Source: Chiloscyllium plagiosum
Lineage: Eukaryota
Direction of reading: 5' to 3'
Length of the DNA stretch: 20,000 bases
Assembly (NCBI RefSeq): GCF_004010195.1
Contig: NC_057718.1
Coordinates: 70,847,010-70,867,009 of the forward strand
How positions within the stretch are numbered: the first letter of the stretch is position 1; each line of letters opens with the position of its first letter. Below, piece by piece: positions 10,064 to 20,000 of the stretch. The translations under genes were made by a program, and so were the position numbers. The notes below the pieces were generated by a model. That model made no database searches. It saw only the letters and a program-made list of their open reading frames with translations, and was not told where the DNA came from.

Positions 10064-10394
10064 ATATGAATAGGAAGGGTTTGGAGGGATATGGCCGGGT
10101 GCTGGCAGGTGGGACTAGATTGGGTTGGGATATCTGGTCGGCATGGATGGGTTGGACCGAACGGTCTGTTTCCATGCTGTACATCTCTATGACTCTAATA
10201 CTGGATTCGATTATCCAGTTGAAGCGGGAGCAGCAGTATGGATAGGATGAAAAGCAGGCTGAATCTTCTGAGAAATGGCAATTGGTTTGTCACGCCAGTA
10301 TATTTTTTCTTTTACCTAAATTGCGTCGAGCTATGTGCTTCTGGCCTTAATCTAATTTTCCAGCTGCTTCAAAAATGCAGGATCAGCACTAGAT

Positions 10395-10694
10395 GGGTGG
10401 CACAGTGGTTAGCACTGCTGCCTCACAGTGCCAGAGTCCAGGTTCAATTCCTGCCTCAGGTGACTGACTGTGTGGAGTTTGCACATTCTCCCTGTGTCTG
10501 CGTGGGTTTGCTCCGGTTTCCTCCCACAGTCCAAAAATGTGCAGGTTAGGTGAGTTGGCCATGCTAAATTGCCCGTAGTGTTAGGTGAAGGGGTAAATGT
10601 AGGGGAATGGGTCTGGGTGGGTTGCTCTTTGGCGTGTCGTTGTGGACTTGTTGGGCCGAACGGCCTGTTTCTACACTGTAAGTAATCTAATCTA
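10395..10694 (+). mobile_element. HE1 V-SINE, young subfamily
   Basis: tRNA-like head (A box tggcacagtgg, B box ggttcaattcc), V-domain, and tail ctgtaagtaatctaatct. Highly similar to 11665-11989 and 13329-13650. Confidence 0.92.
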
Positions 10695-11640
10695 GAGGCC
10701 AAACCGTGCTTTTGTTTAAAAAAAAACACAGCAACAGCCATATTCTTGGATTTAAAGGGCCAACGCCTCTTTGATAAGCTATAAGAGAAAGTATGTAAGT
10801 TGGATGAGGGATCCAGCAAGCAGGTAAGTGGATGACAATAGGCATTGGGGGAGGGTTTCGGTTCAGAGGATGGAGAAAGGTTCATTCAAGTAGAGGGAGA
10901 ATTACAGGAAGGTCAGTGTGAGCGACCTGTGGGGCAAGGGAGTCAAGTTTTAATCCCTCCAAACCTTATTAAGTAACAATTCAGGTCAGTAAACTGGAAC
11001 CCTTTGAAGTCTCCAATTCTAAATTAGGAGTTGGAAACTTGATTGGAGGTTTCCAGACATTAGATAACTGTCCATAGGAAGTTTAAAATTCTGACAATGG
11101 GAACATGTTTCTCTCATTCAAACTGCACTGCCCGTGATTGTAAATAACTCAACTTTCTTGAAGAACAACAGCCTGATTTATCAATTTATCCTTGTAACTG
11201 AAGTCTCTCAGCCCTGTGGTGGAAGAATTAAGTATACCTTTACTCGAAGAATATTGATAGATTACGTGCATAAGGAGACAAATCTTCATGACTTCAATTC
11301 ACTTGGAACGGGAGCCAGATTTTCAAGGTTTCAGAAAGTACACTATGGTGCATCTGGGTAGCGGATGAAAGAGTAGAAGCAAAAGCAGCAGCCATACAAA
11401 AAACACTTCTGTGCCAGCTGGAAGGACACATAGAGCATTCCCATGAAATATTTCAGGTTGTGGGGCATGGGCTCCTGTGGCAGGTGCAGGAACGCAGGGC
11501 CAATGTGAAATTCCGTCTGAGCAGGGGTAGGGGCAGATGAGATCCCACCACCTCCCTGAGAATCCTTCAACTGTGATACAATGTTGGGTCTGAGTACCAC
11601 CATTTTCAAGCAACAGATGGCACTGGCTATGAGCTGGGTA

Positions 11641-12273
11641 GGGCGGCATGGTGGCTCAGTGGTTGGGGGGGTGCATGGTGGCACAGTGGTTAGCACTGCT
11701 GCGTTAACAGCGCCAGAGACCTGGGTTCAATTCCCGTCTCAGGCAACTGTCTGTGTGGAGTTTGCACACTATCCCCGTGTCTGCGTGGGTTTCCTCCATG
11801 TGCCCCGGTTTCCTCCCACAGTCCAAAAATGTGCAGGTTAGGTGAATTGGCCATGCTAAATTGCCCGTAGTGTTAGATGAAGGGATAAATGTAGGGGAAT
11901 GGGTCTGGGTGGTTTGCTCTTCGGAGGGTCGGTGTGGACTTGTTGGGCCGAAGGGCCTGTTTCCACACTGTAAGTAATCTAATCTAATTCCAACCTCGGG
12001 CGACTGTCTACGTGGAGTTTGCACATTGTCCCAGTGTCTGCTTGGGTTTCCTCCGGGTGCTCTGGTTTTCTTCCACAGTCCCAAAGATGTGCAAGTTAGG
12101 TGAATTGACCAGGATAAATTGCCTATAGTATTCAGGGATTTGAAGCTAGGTGCATGAGTCGGGGAAAATGTAGAGTAATAGGGGAATGGGTCCAAGTGGA
12201 ATACTCTGGAAAATCAATGTGGATTTGCTGGGCCAAGATGGTCTGTTCCCACACTGTAGGGATTCCATTCGAT
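11641..12273 (+). mobile_element. Older HE1 SINE (head 11641-11664, body 11990-12273) interrupted by a younger HE1
   Basis: The head gggcggcatggtggctcagtggtt is followed by a complete second HE1. The older body resumes at ccaacctcgggcgactgtc and ends with a different tail, ctgtagggattccattc. Confidence 0.75.
11665..11989 (+). mobile_element. HE1 V-SINE, young subfamily, full length
   Basis: A/B boxes, V-domain and (aatct)n tail. Confidence 0.92.
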
Positions 12274-13328
12274 CCACTACCACCCTATTTACCAATTCCT
12301 GTGGCAACATCCAGGAAGACCTCTGCCACTCAGCACATCACTAACAACGATGGCCCTCCACTCCACTAACCACTCAAACCTGCAATGATGGAGATGCAGA
12401 TTCCTGAGCAGCTGGTCTTTGATGATAACCACTATTCCTGATGGTGGGAAGACTGACATGGGTTGACTAAGTACTAGACAATGAACAGATCCTGGTAAAA
12501 GACAGGGATCTAAGGTATCCCTAAAGACCCTCATGGTCTATGAACAGGAGCTGCCTGTCATAATTGAGCACTTGGCTGAACAAACACATCACCAAGACCC
12601 ACCATCTGGAAGTAGGCTCAACAAAAACATCGCTACAGGGTCTGAAGACAAAAAAGTTGCTACCTAGGTGCAGAGGCATATCAGCAACTGAATGCTCTCC
12701 TAACGTGGAGACTCAGAACCTCTGTAACAACTCAGTTCATCATCTTGTCCCAGAAGAAATAACAAAACCGTGACGGCATCAAAGGGCCAGACAGTACCAC
12801 TACACAGAAGCTGGTTTATGACCAGCACTCAGCCCCTGTAAGATAGTACTCACCGTAGTCCTGTCCTGTGCTGTACTTAGGTAAATGGAGACTTTGGCCT
12901 CCAGTTCCTGCCAATTCACTGGTCTGGATTCCTCAGTTAGGCTAACACAGAGCCCCAGATCAAGGAGAAGGATGGTGCTCCAGCTAATCCCTGCAACCCC
13001 TCTGGCAAGGAATCCAACACACACACAACCAGGAATCCAGAACATTTGGCTTTATTTTGTCCTGACAGATGTGGCTCAGTACACTTTCTGCTACTCGTAA
13101 ATTCTCCCCAGGTCAGCAGAGTCAGTGAACAGGAGGAACACGTTGTTGGCTTAAGACGAAAGAATCAACCTTGCTCCCACTCTATGCAGCACCAATCCTG
13201 ACAACCTTCTCCACAAGAGGCACAGGCAAGACTCTGCGCAAAGGCAAAACAGCTAGCCAGATAAGGGGCAACTCTGATGGACACCACTCGCAAAGCAAAG
13301 GGACGCCATCAGCAACCCATTAAGTTTT

Positions 13329-13650
13329 GGGTGGCACAGTGGCACAGTGGTTAGCACTGCTGCCTCACAGCGCCAGAGACCTGGGTTCAATTCCCGCCTC
13401 GGGCAACTGTCTGTGTGGAGTTTGCACATTCTCCCTGTGTCTGTGTGGGTTTCCTCCTGGTGCTCCGGTTCCCTCCCACAGTCCAAAGATGTGCAGGTTA
13501 GTTGAATTAGTCATGCTAAATTGCCCGTAGTGTTAGGTGAAGGGGTAAATGTAGGGGAATGGATCTGGGTGGGTTGCTCTTCGGAGGGTCGGTGTGGGCT
13601 TTTTGGACCAAAGGGCCTGTTTCCACGCTGTAAGTAATCTAATCTAATCT
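13329..13650 (+). mobile_element. HE1 V-SINE, young subfamily, inserted in the Tx1 RT
   Basis: Full head with B box gggttcaattccc and (aatct)3 tail. Removing it rejoins the Tx1 frame EECLIK|LNG...GVHQSCPLSG. Confidence 0.93.
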
Positions 13651-16600
13651 TTAATCAGACACTCCTCAGTGGTGACAGAAGTGGTGGCCAACCTGAACCC
13701 AAATGTCCGCAGAATTCAGAGTAGATACTTGTGATCCATCCCATTGAACACTTTCACCTGATCAAGGGGCAGCAGCAACCAACTTCACTAAGAAAGTGGC
13801 AGCGGTTCAATGTAGTCATTCTCCAGGAAATCACAGAACACACTGGAGAACTCATAGTCAATCCAGCCATCCTGGGGACCTAGCCCTGAAGAGCCAGGTG
13901 AGGGCACCAATGATGGGAGCATCAAGCAAAATGGTGTCCCTAGGCCATCCTGCAGCAGGTCCTTTCACAGAACTCTACCAGCATCATTGCAAGATGGATC
14001 CAGAGAAAACAGAGTCAAGTAACAGGCCAAGGTTTGGTCCTTGATGCCCACTGGATCAGAGATGAGGGAACTATCATCAACCAGCAGTAGAAAGAGCTGC
14101 TGATGGGCTCCCCGCCTTCTTTCCAGTGAGAATGGACAGCCGCAGACCATGTCTTCGAGGAACCAGATTCATGAACTCACATATGCACCTCAGGACCCGA
14201 TGAGTTGGAAGGTCCCATAGCTTGCCCGTCTTTTCTTTGTCTTCCCTCTACATGTCCATGTTGGGCTGACCGAGACATGACTCCAGTTCGAGTATCTCCT
14301 TCTCAAACTCCTCGACCTTGGACTCCTGCTTCTTAACCTCTTGAGGATGTAAGTCTTACCCTTAGACTCAAAGAGGGAAACCCCCACCCCAGATTCCTTC
14401 TCCAGCTGGCCCAGAACTGATGGAATTGCCATGGAACTGGCCATCCTTCAGCCTTTGGCTGTTGAAGTGCCAAAACGCAGAACCCAGGCAGATGTGGAAT
14501 GGGGTGAGCTGTGTCCACGCCAAGTGGTGATTCATGCATGGAATCTGTTGCACACAGGGCTGTCGAAGTTCAGGAGACATACTCCCATATAAGGCTATTG
14601 ACTCTCGATGCTCAGACCCAAGGCCTCACAAAGTAAAGCAGTATGGGGATTTCAGAAGTCCACCAGATTGAATGACTTGACCAAGTCCCTCAACCTCCAC
14701 TTCAATGCCAGACCAGTCTAGGCACTACTATGGTTCAGCTCCTCAAAGGTGCAGTTGAAAATCCATGACCCCCACCTCCACATACGAAATGGGCTAACCA
14801 ATGGCTACCTGCTAGAATTGGAGGCGAGCTGACTCATGTAGACCTGATCTGGACACTCTGGAAGATACCACATACTTCACGAAGGACTGAGAAGTTGTTG
14901 TTCCCTGCTGCCGTTGATGTTGACACTGGCTAGGATTGTCTTCCTACCAGCAACACTGTACAAACTTCACAATCACCTCAGTGAGTAGAAGGAGGAAGGG
15001 TACACAGAATTTGTGCCTCTCTTAAGAGCTTACTGAGGAATGTCTCAAGCTACTGCCGGTTGTTCCAGGCCATTCTGGGGGCAGTCCAAGCTGTCCAGAT
15101 GGAACAAAGAAGCCCAGCTCAAAACTTTTCCAGCAGTTGAAAACCAGCTGGATACTATCCTGACAACTGAGACATTTTTCTGAAAATTCCTGGAGTTACT
15201 GAGGTAAGATATGGGGAAGATTGGAGGGGGACACAAGGAAATGCATAACCTCACTGAAGATGGACTCTATAGCAGGCGCAGCACTCACAACCAAGTCCTC
15301 ATTCTCATCTGGGTGGTCGTTCAGGAACACGGACCCTTCACCCACCATGAGGGAGGGGGTAGATGTGGTTGAAAGTCACCTGCTGGCTTAACTCCCCCAG
15401 TGTCACCACCCCAAAATTGCAGGCAAGGGCTTCTTTGGTGGACTCCAATGGGGAGGGGTTTCAGACATCATGTGGCAAGGACTCAGGGTCCTGTTGGCCT
15501 ATTGATATCAAGTCACCTGGCACCTCGGGGAAAATGTCCACCCCCAAGACTGAGACCCACATCACCATCCCCACTACCTCCCAGTGATCCAGTAAGGGAT
15601 GGGTAAAAATAAAGTAGTGGGAGAACTCACCACAATCTCCCAAGGCATTTGATTCGACACATTGCAATACCAGAACTTTATGATTGGGTGGGAGGAGGTT
15701 GTGAAATGATGAAGTTCTTCTCTTGCAGTGAGTCGCACCTCTTCCTCATCATAATGAGGCCTTCTGTCTCATGTCACCATCATTCTCTTTTGGTTCATTG
15801 CGCCTCTCCCCGTGTTTTTCAGCAAACACACAAAAGGTTGGGAGAGTGACAAGTCTGGGAAAGACTGCCAATATAGTCTCTAGCCTCCAGTTGAGGTCCC
15901 TGTGCCGAGCTGAAGAAAGGCTGGAGTGGGGGCTGGTCACTGAATCTCCACACTTGGGTTCAGGATCACTGTGCCTTGTCAACATATACTCAGCCACAAG
16001 GGCACTATTGCCTGGGTAGGGGGCACTGGAGGTGATGCAACAGGCTCCAGGGCGTGAAAGGATGCATCCTTGGAGGGGAAACCTCCAAATGTTTCATCTT
16101 GCACCTTTGTTGCTTTCAGGGGCAAGCTCACTGACCACATAAGAGTGAACTGCTAGAGACAATATTAGCAGCAACCTCCAGCACAGAGCCTTCTTACTGG
16201 GTCGCATGTTTCCAGAGAGGGTGGGGTTAGAGTTGGCACAGGTGTGACTTTGGCGACCTTAGAGATGGGACAATTCTTTCTAACATACCCCATTTCCTTA
16301 CTCATTGAGCACAGTGAAGGTCCCTCAGTCAGCTCCTCCTGATCCAGGCTAAAGAAGACCTGGCACCAGAAAGAGATTACACGCTGCAGACAATTTTCTT
16401 CCTGGCCGAGCAGGATCAGCATTACCCCGACCTCATCTTCCCTACCTGACACAAATGGAACAGGAGCAGCTCACCAGCAATGGGGCATAAATTATCAGCA
16501 CTATGTGTCAATCTCTAAAGTTTCTATGTCAAATAAGTCCTGCCACAGTGAGCCCCTTCTTGACAGCCAGGCGCAACAACCGCTCAGAAATAAACGGCCT

Positions 16601-17347
16601 TCCTGTCCATTTGAGTCTGCAACAATCGCTGTAAGGTTGGCATTACCTTGGTACAGGCCACAATGCTCATTCCTGGATGACTATAGCTCTTCAACTCTCG
16701 GCCCTTAAAGAGCCTGAAGGGTGATAGGACCACAGGACCAAAGTAAAAGTATGACTGAGCCTCATTGCTGGCAGTAATGCTAGGGTTGCCATTATGCTAA
16801 AAGCCATGCCCACTTCCTAATAAGCAAAAGGAAAATATCCCAGAAAAGACTGCAACCCCCAGGTAGCACCCACTCAAAAGTCTTCAGAGGCCCTGGGTAA
16901 TTCCAACTGTGGCCAAGGCAGTAGAATCAATCCAATATCCAATAGGAATGCCAAGGTTATATGCAACAGGAACACAGGTCCCTATTTCCACTTTTCAGCT
17001 CTTACGTTCCAGGCTCCTTTCTTTCTTGGATTCGCTCTGGGCTCTAGGGTAGACTTTCCAAACTCCTCCTTCAGACAGCCCCAACAATTTTCTTTTTCTG
17101 AGGAGCAGAAAATTGTCTTGACCTTAAGGTCTACTGTACCACAAGAACATCACCAGAGGAAACCATTTTGTTTTCTTTACTTTACTGTTTAGTATCCTGA
17201 ACTGCTCTCTCACAACTGAACTTCTTTCTTCTCCATCACTTACATCACTGACGGTATTTTTCCCATCTATTAATCACCAGTAAATCAGCAAATTTCCAAC
17301 TGAATAATTTATGTTCAAAGCCTATTAACAGTGATGCAAAATGCATT

Positions 17348-17521
17348 GGCAGGGTGGCATGGCAGCTAAATGGTAACACTGCTGCCTCACAGCACCAGGG
17401 ACTTGGATGATTGTGTGGAGCTTGCATATTCTCCCTGTGTCTGCCTGGGTTTCTTACAGGTGCTCTGGTTTCTTCATATAGTCCAAAGATGCACAGGTTA
17501 GGTGGATTGGTAATGCTAAAT
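17348..17521 (+). mobile_element. HE1 SINE 5' half, old and 3'-truncated
   Basis: ggcagggtggcatggcag...cactgctgcctcacagcaccagggac...gtgtggagcttgcatattctccctgtgtctg...ggttaggtggattggtaatgctaaat. Confidence 0.85.
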
Positions 17522-17539
17522 AGCTAAATGGCCATGGCA

Positions 17540-19870
17540 AAATGGAGATGTAGCAGGGTTGTTGTTATGGGTGACTTCAACTTTCCCAATATTGACTGGC
17601 ACCTCTTTAGTGCCGATGGTTTGGATGGAGCCGTTTTGTTCAGAAGCGTTTCCTTACTCAGTATGTAGACAGGCCAACGAGAGGAGAGGCTATTTTGGAT
17701 TTGGTGCTTGGCAATGACCCAGCACAGATGTCAGATCTCGCTCTGGGAGAACACTTTGGTGACAGTGACCACAACTGCCTCACATTTACCTTAGCCTCGG
17801 AGGGGGAAAGGAGCAGTTACCAAAGGAAGATATTTGATTGGGGGAAAAGGAAATTATGATGCTATCAGAACAGGAGTTGGCAAGTACAGACTGGGAGCAA
17901 TTGTTCCACAGAAAGGGCACAACAGACATGTGAAGACTGTTTAAGAAGCAATTGTTGCGAGGGATGCACAAATTTGTTCCTCTGAGACAGGCAAGAAGGG
18001 GTAATGATTAAGGAACCTTGGATGATGTGAACAGAGGAGCTTCTCGTCAAAAGGAAGAAGGCAGCTTACGTAAGGTGGAGGAAGCAAGGGCCTAGCAGAG
18101 CTTTAGAGGATTACAGACTTACTAGAAAGAAGCTCAGAAATGGACTGAGGAGAGGCACGAGGGGGCACGAAAAAAACTTGGCAGCAAGGATTAGAGAAAA
18201 CCTAAAGGCATTTTACTTGTACATGAGGAATAAGAGAATGATCGGGAGAAGGTAGGGCTGGTCACGGATAGCGTAGGGAACTTGTACATGGAGTCTAAGC
18301 AGATAGGGGAAGCTCTAAATGAATTTTTTCTTCAGTTTTCACTAAGGAAAGGAACCTTGTTCTGAATGACAACTTTGAGGAGCTGGGAAACAGGCTTGAA
18401 CAGACCAAGTTGACGTGCTAGAAATTTTGGAAAACATTAAGATAGCTAAATCCCCAGGGCCAGACCAGATTTATCCTAGGATGCTCTGGGAAGCAAGAAA
18501 AGAAGTTGTTATGCCATTGGCGAAGATCTTTGCTTCCTCACTCTCCACGGGAGTCATACTGGAGGATTGGAGGGAGGCAGATGTTGTTCCTCTTTTCAAT
18601 TTCAATAGGGAATTCCCTGGCAATTACAGACCAGTCAGTCTTACGTCTGTGGTCACCAAGGTTTTGGAAAGAATTCTGAATTATGGAATTCTGAATTATG
18701 GAATTCTGAATTATTGGAAAGAATTATGACTATTTGGAAAAGCATACTGTGATTAAAGGCAGTCAGCATAGCTTTGTGAGGGGCAGGTCATGCCTCTCAA
18801 ATCTTATTAAGTTCTTTGAGGAGGTGACGAGACAGGTCGACAAAGGTCGAGCAGTGGATGTGGTGTATTTGGACGTCAGAAGGCATTTGATAAGGTTCCT
18901 CATGGTAGACTCATTCTTAAAGTTGGGAGATATCAGATACAGGGAGATTTGGCTGTCTGGATTCAGAATTGGTTGGCTAACAGAAGGCGTTGTGATGCTT
19001 GTGATGGAAAGTATTCTGCCTGGAGGTCAGTGGTGAGTGGTCTCCTGCTTGGCTCTATTCTTGGGCCAAGCGGGAGACCTTTGTAATTTTTATAAATGAC
19101 TTGGATGAGAAGGTTGAGGGATGGATTAGTAAATTTGCTAATGACACAAAGGTTGGAGGTGCCATTGATAGTATCAAGGGCTATTGCTGGCTGCAGTGTG
19201 ACATAGACAGGATGCAGAGCTGGGCTGAGAAATGCCAGATGGAGTTCAACCTAGATAAATGCGAAGTGATGTATTTTGGAAGGTCAAACTTGAATGTTGA
19301 ATATAGGATTAAAGACAGGATTCTTCACAGTATGGAGGAACAGAGGAATCTTGGTGTTCAAGTGCATAGATCCCTCAAAGTTGCCACCCAAGTGGATATT
19401 TTAAGAAAGCATATGGTGTTTTGGCTCTCATTAAGGGGTATTGAGTTAAGGTTTTGCTGCAGCTCTGCAAGACCCTGGTAAGACCACACTTGGAATATTG
19501 TGTCCAGTTCTGGTTGCCCTATTATAGGAAAGATATAGAGGCTTTGGAGAGGGTGCAAAGAAGGTTTACCAGGATGCTGCCTGGACTGGAGGGCTTGTCT
19601 TACAAAGAGCGGTTAACTAAGCTCGGACATTTCTCTCTGGAGAAATGAAGGAAGAGAGGTGACCTGATCAAGTGTATACAAGGTAATGAGAGGCATGGAT
19701 AGAGTCAATAGCCAGAGACTTTTCCCCAGGGCAGGACTGACTGGCATGAGGGGTCATAGTTTTAAGATATTAGAAGGAAGGTATTGAGGAGACATCAGAG
19801 GTAAGTTCTTTACACAGAGAGTTGTGAATGCATGGAATGCATTGCTAGCGGTGGTGGTGGAAGCAGAGTC
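17540..19870 (+). mobile_element. 5'-truncated CR1 LINE (second subfamily), APE to RT C-terminus, inactivated
   Basis: Motifs VVVMGDFNFPNIDW, RPTRGEAILDLVL, GDSDHN, KSPGPDQIYP, NYRPVSLTS, SQHSFVRGRSCLSNL, SKFANDTK and LVRPHLEYCVQFW, with many frameshifts. Confidence 0.93.
18671..18714 (+). repeat. 15-bp tandem triplication (gaattctgaattatg)x3 inside CR1
   Basis: Units at 18671, 18686 and 18701. It produces ILNYGILNYGILNY in ORF 18415-18729. Confidence 0.9.
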
Positions 19871-20000
19871 ATAGAACATAGAACATAGAACATAGAAGAA
19901 TACAGCGCAGTACAGGCCCTTCGGCCCTCGATGTTGCGCCGATCCAAGCCCACCTAACCTACACTAGCCCACTATCCTCCATATACCTATCCAATGCCCG
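19871..20000 (-). mobile_element. 3' end of another, younger CR1-type element with an (ATAGAAC)n tail, inserted into the preceding CR1
   Basis: atagaac x3, then the reverse complement of a CR1 3' end (cgagggccgaagggcctgtactgcgctgtattcttctatgttctatg). CpGs are retained. It runs off the window. Confidence 0.85.

Larger units (their letters stand above)
6210..10197 (+). mobile_element. Near full-length CR1 LINE (5' UTR, ORF1 zinc finger, APE, RT, 3' tail), inactivated
   Basis: ORF1 starts at 6410: MAFAVICTSCQMWEF...YICHKC (CxxC..CxxC). APE motifs are LGLYYRPP, (G)xFNFP, DLLLGN and GASGHNSI. RT motifs are KSPGPDQ, RPVSLTSVVGK, SQHGF, MDFSKAFDK, GVPQGSVLGP and FADN. The tail is ctgtacatctctatgactct. 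There are many frameshifts and stops, and the 5' boundary is approximate. Confidence 0.92.
11330..17240 (-). mobile_element. Decayed Tx1-type (L1 clade) LINE with ORF1 and ORF2 remnants
   Basis: ORF1 starts at ~16792 (MATL...) and has a degenerate CCHC knuckle, CSMSKEMGYVRKNCP (~16270-16320). The ORF2 APE starts at ~14945 (ILASVNINGSRE) and ends at NHHL...GSAFWHFNSQRL. The linker is RGAYVSS..EDM..GCPF.SLERRRG. RT motifs are LDQVKVFNGMDH, GVHQSCPLSG, decayed YADD (*ANN, ~13145), NWQELEAKV and PVFYQDL, ending near RYPDAP (~11345). It has internal deletions and three SINE insertions. The 5' UTR limit is uncertain. Confidence 0.85.

Noticed and set aside
10200..11330. Unique-looking intronic stretches as further DYNLT1 exons or another gene (e.g. 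ORF 11134-11361)
   Set aside because: No Tctex-like translation with splice sites and no recognisable protein similarity by eye. The small imperfect hairpin near 11010-11035 is within chance.
13329..13400. tRNA gene
   Set aside because: The A/B boxes belong to the tRNA-derived HE1 head and run straight into the SINE body. No cloverleaf is supported.
10238..13530. Recurrent ORFs with VAQWLALLPHSAR / CTFLDCGRKP motifs as a protein family
   Set aside because: They are chance translations of HE1 SINE copies on either strand.
18671..19895. CRISPR-like or other spaced repeat arrays
   Set aside because: The repeats are head-to-tail with no spacers (a 15-bp triplication and a 7-bp LINE tail), and the context is eukaryotic.

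Overview
Repeat-dense vertebrate genomic DNA, almost certainly from a cartilaginous fish (shark-type HE1 V-SINEs, a SacSINE1/DeuSINE-like element and HER1-like CR1 LINEs). The only host gene I can support is missing from the ORF track: the last two coding exons of dynein light chain Tctex-type 1 (DYNLT1) on the minus strand (5933-6010 and 1153-1223), with canonical splice sites and a 3' UTR with two AATAAA signals. Everything from 1224 to 20000, apart from the 78-bp exon, is intron and is mostly decayed mobile elements: at least six CR1 LINE pieces (one nearly full length and spanning an 814-N assembly gap), a decayed Tx1-type L1 with both ORFs (~11.3-17.2 kb, minus), six HE1 SINEs, two copies of a putative hAT-type MITE, and a Penelope-like (GIY-YIG) 3' end. 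Three short Penelope-terminus-derived insertions have 12-15 bp target-site duplications; two of them fold back and one keeps an intact minimal hammerhead-ribozyme core. Most listed ORFs are broken retroelement frames or antisense noise. I found no convincing novel protein-coding system. The best leads are the hammerhead-carrying mini-elements and an inverted CR1 pair flanking a DYNLT1 exon that could be skipped in frame.
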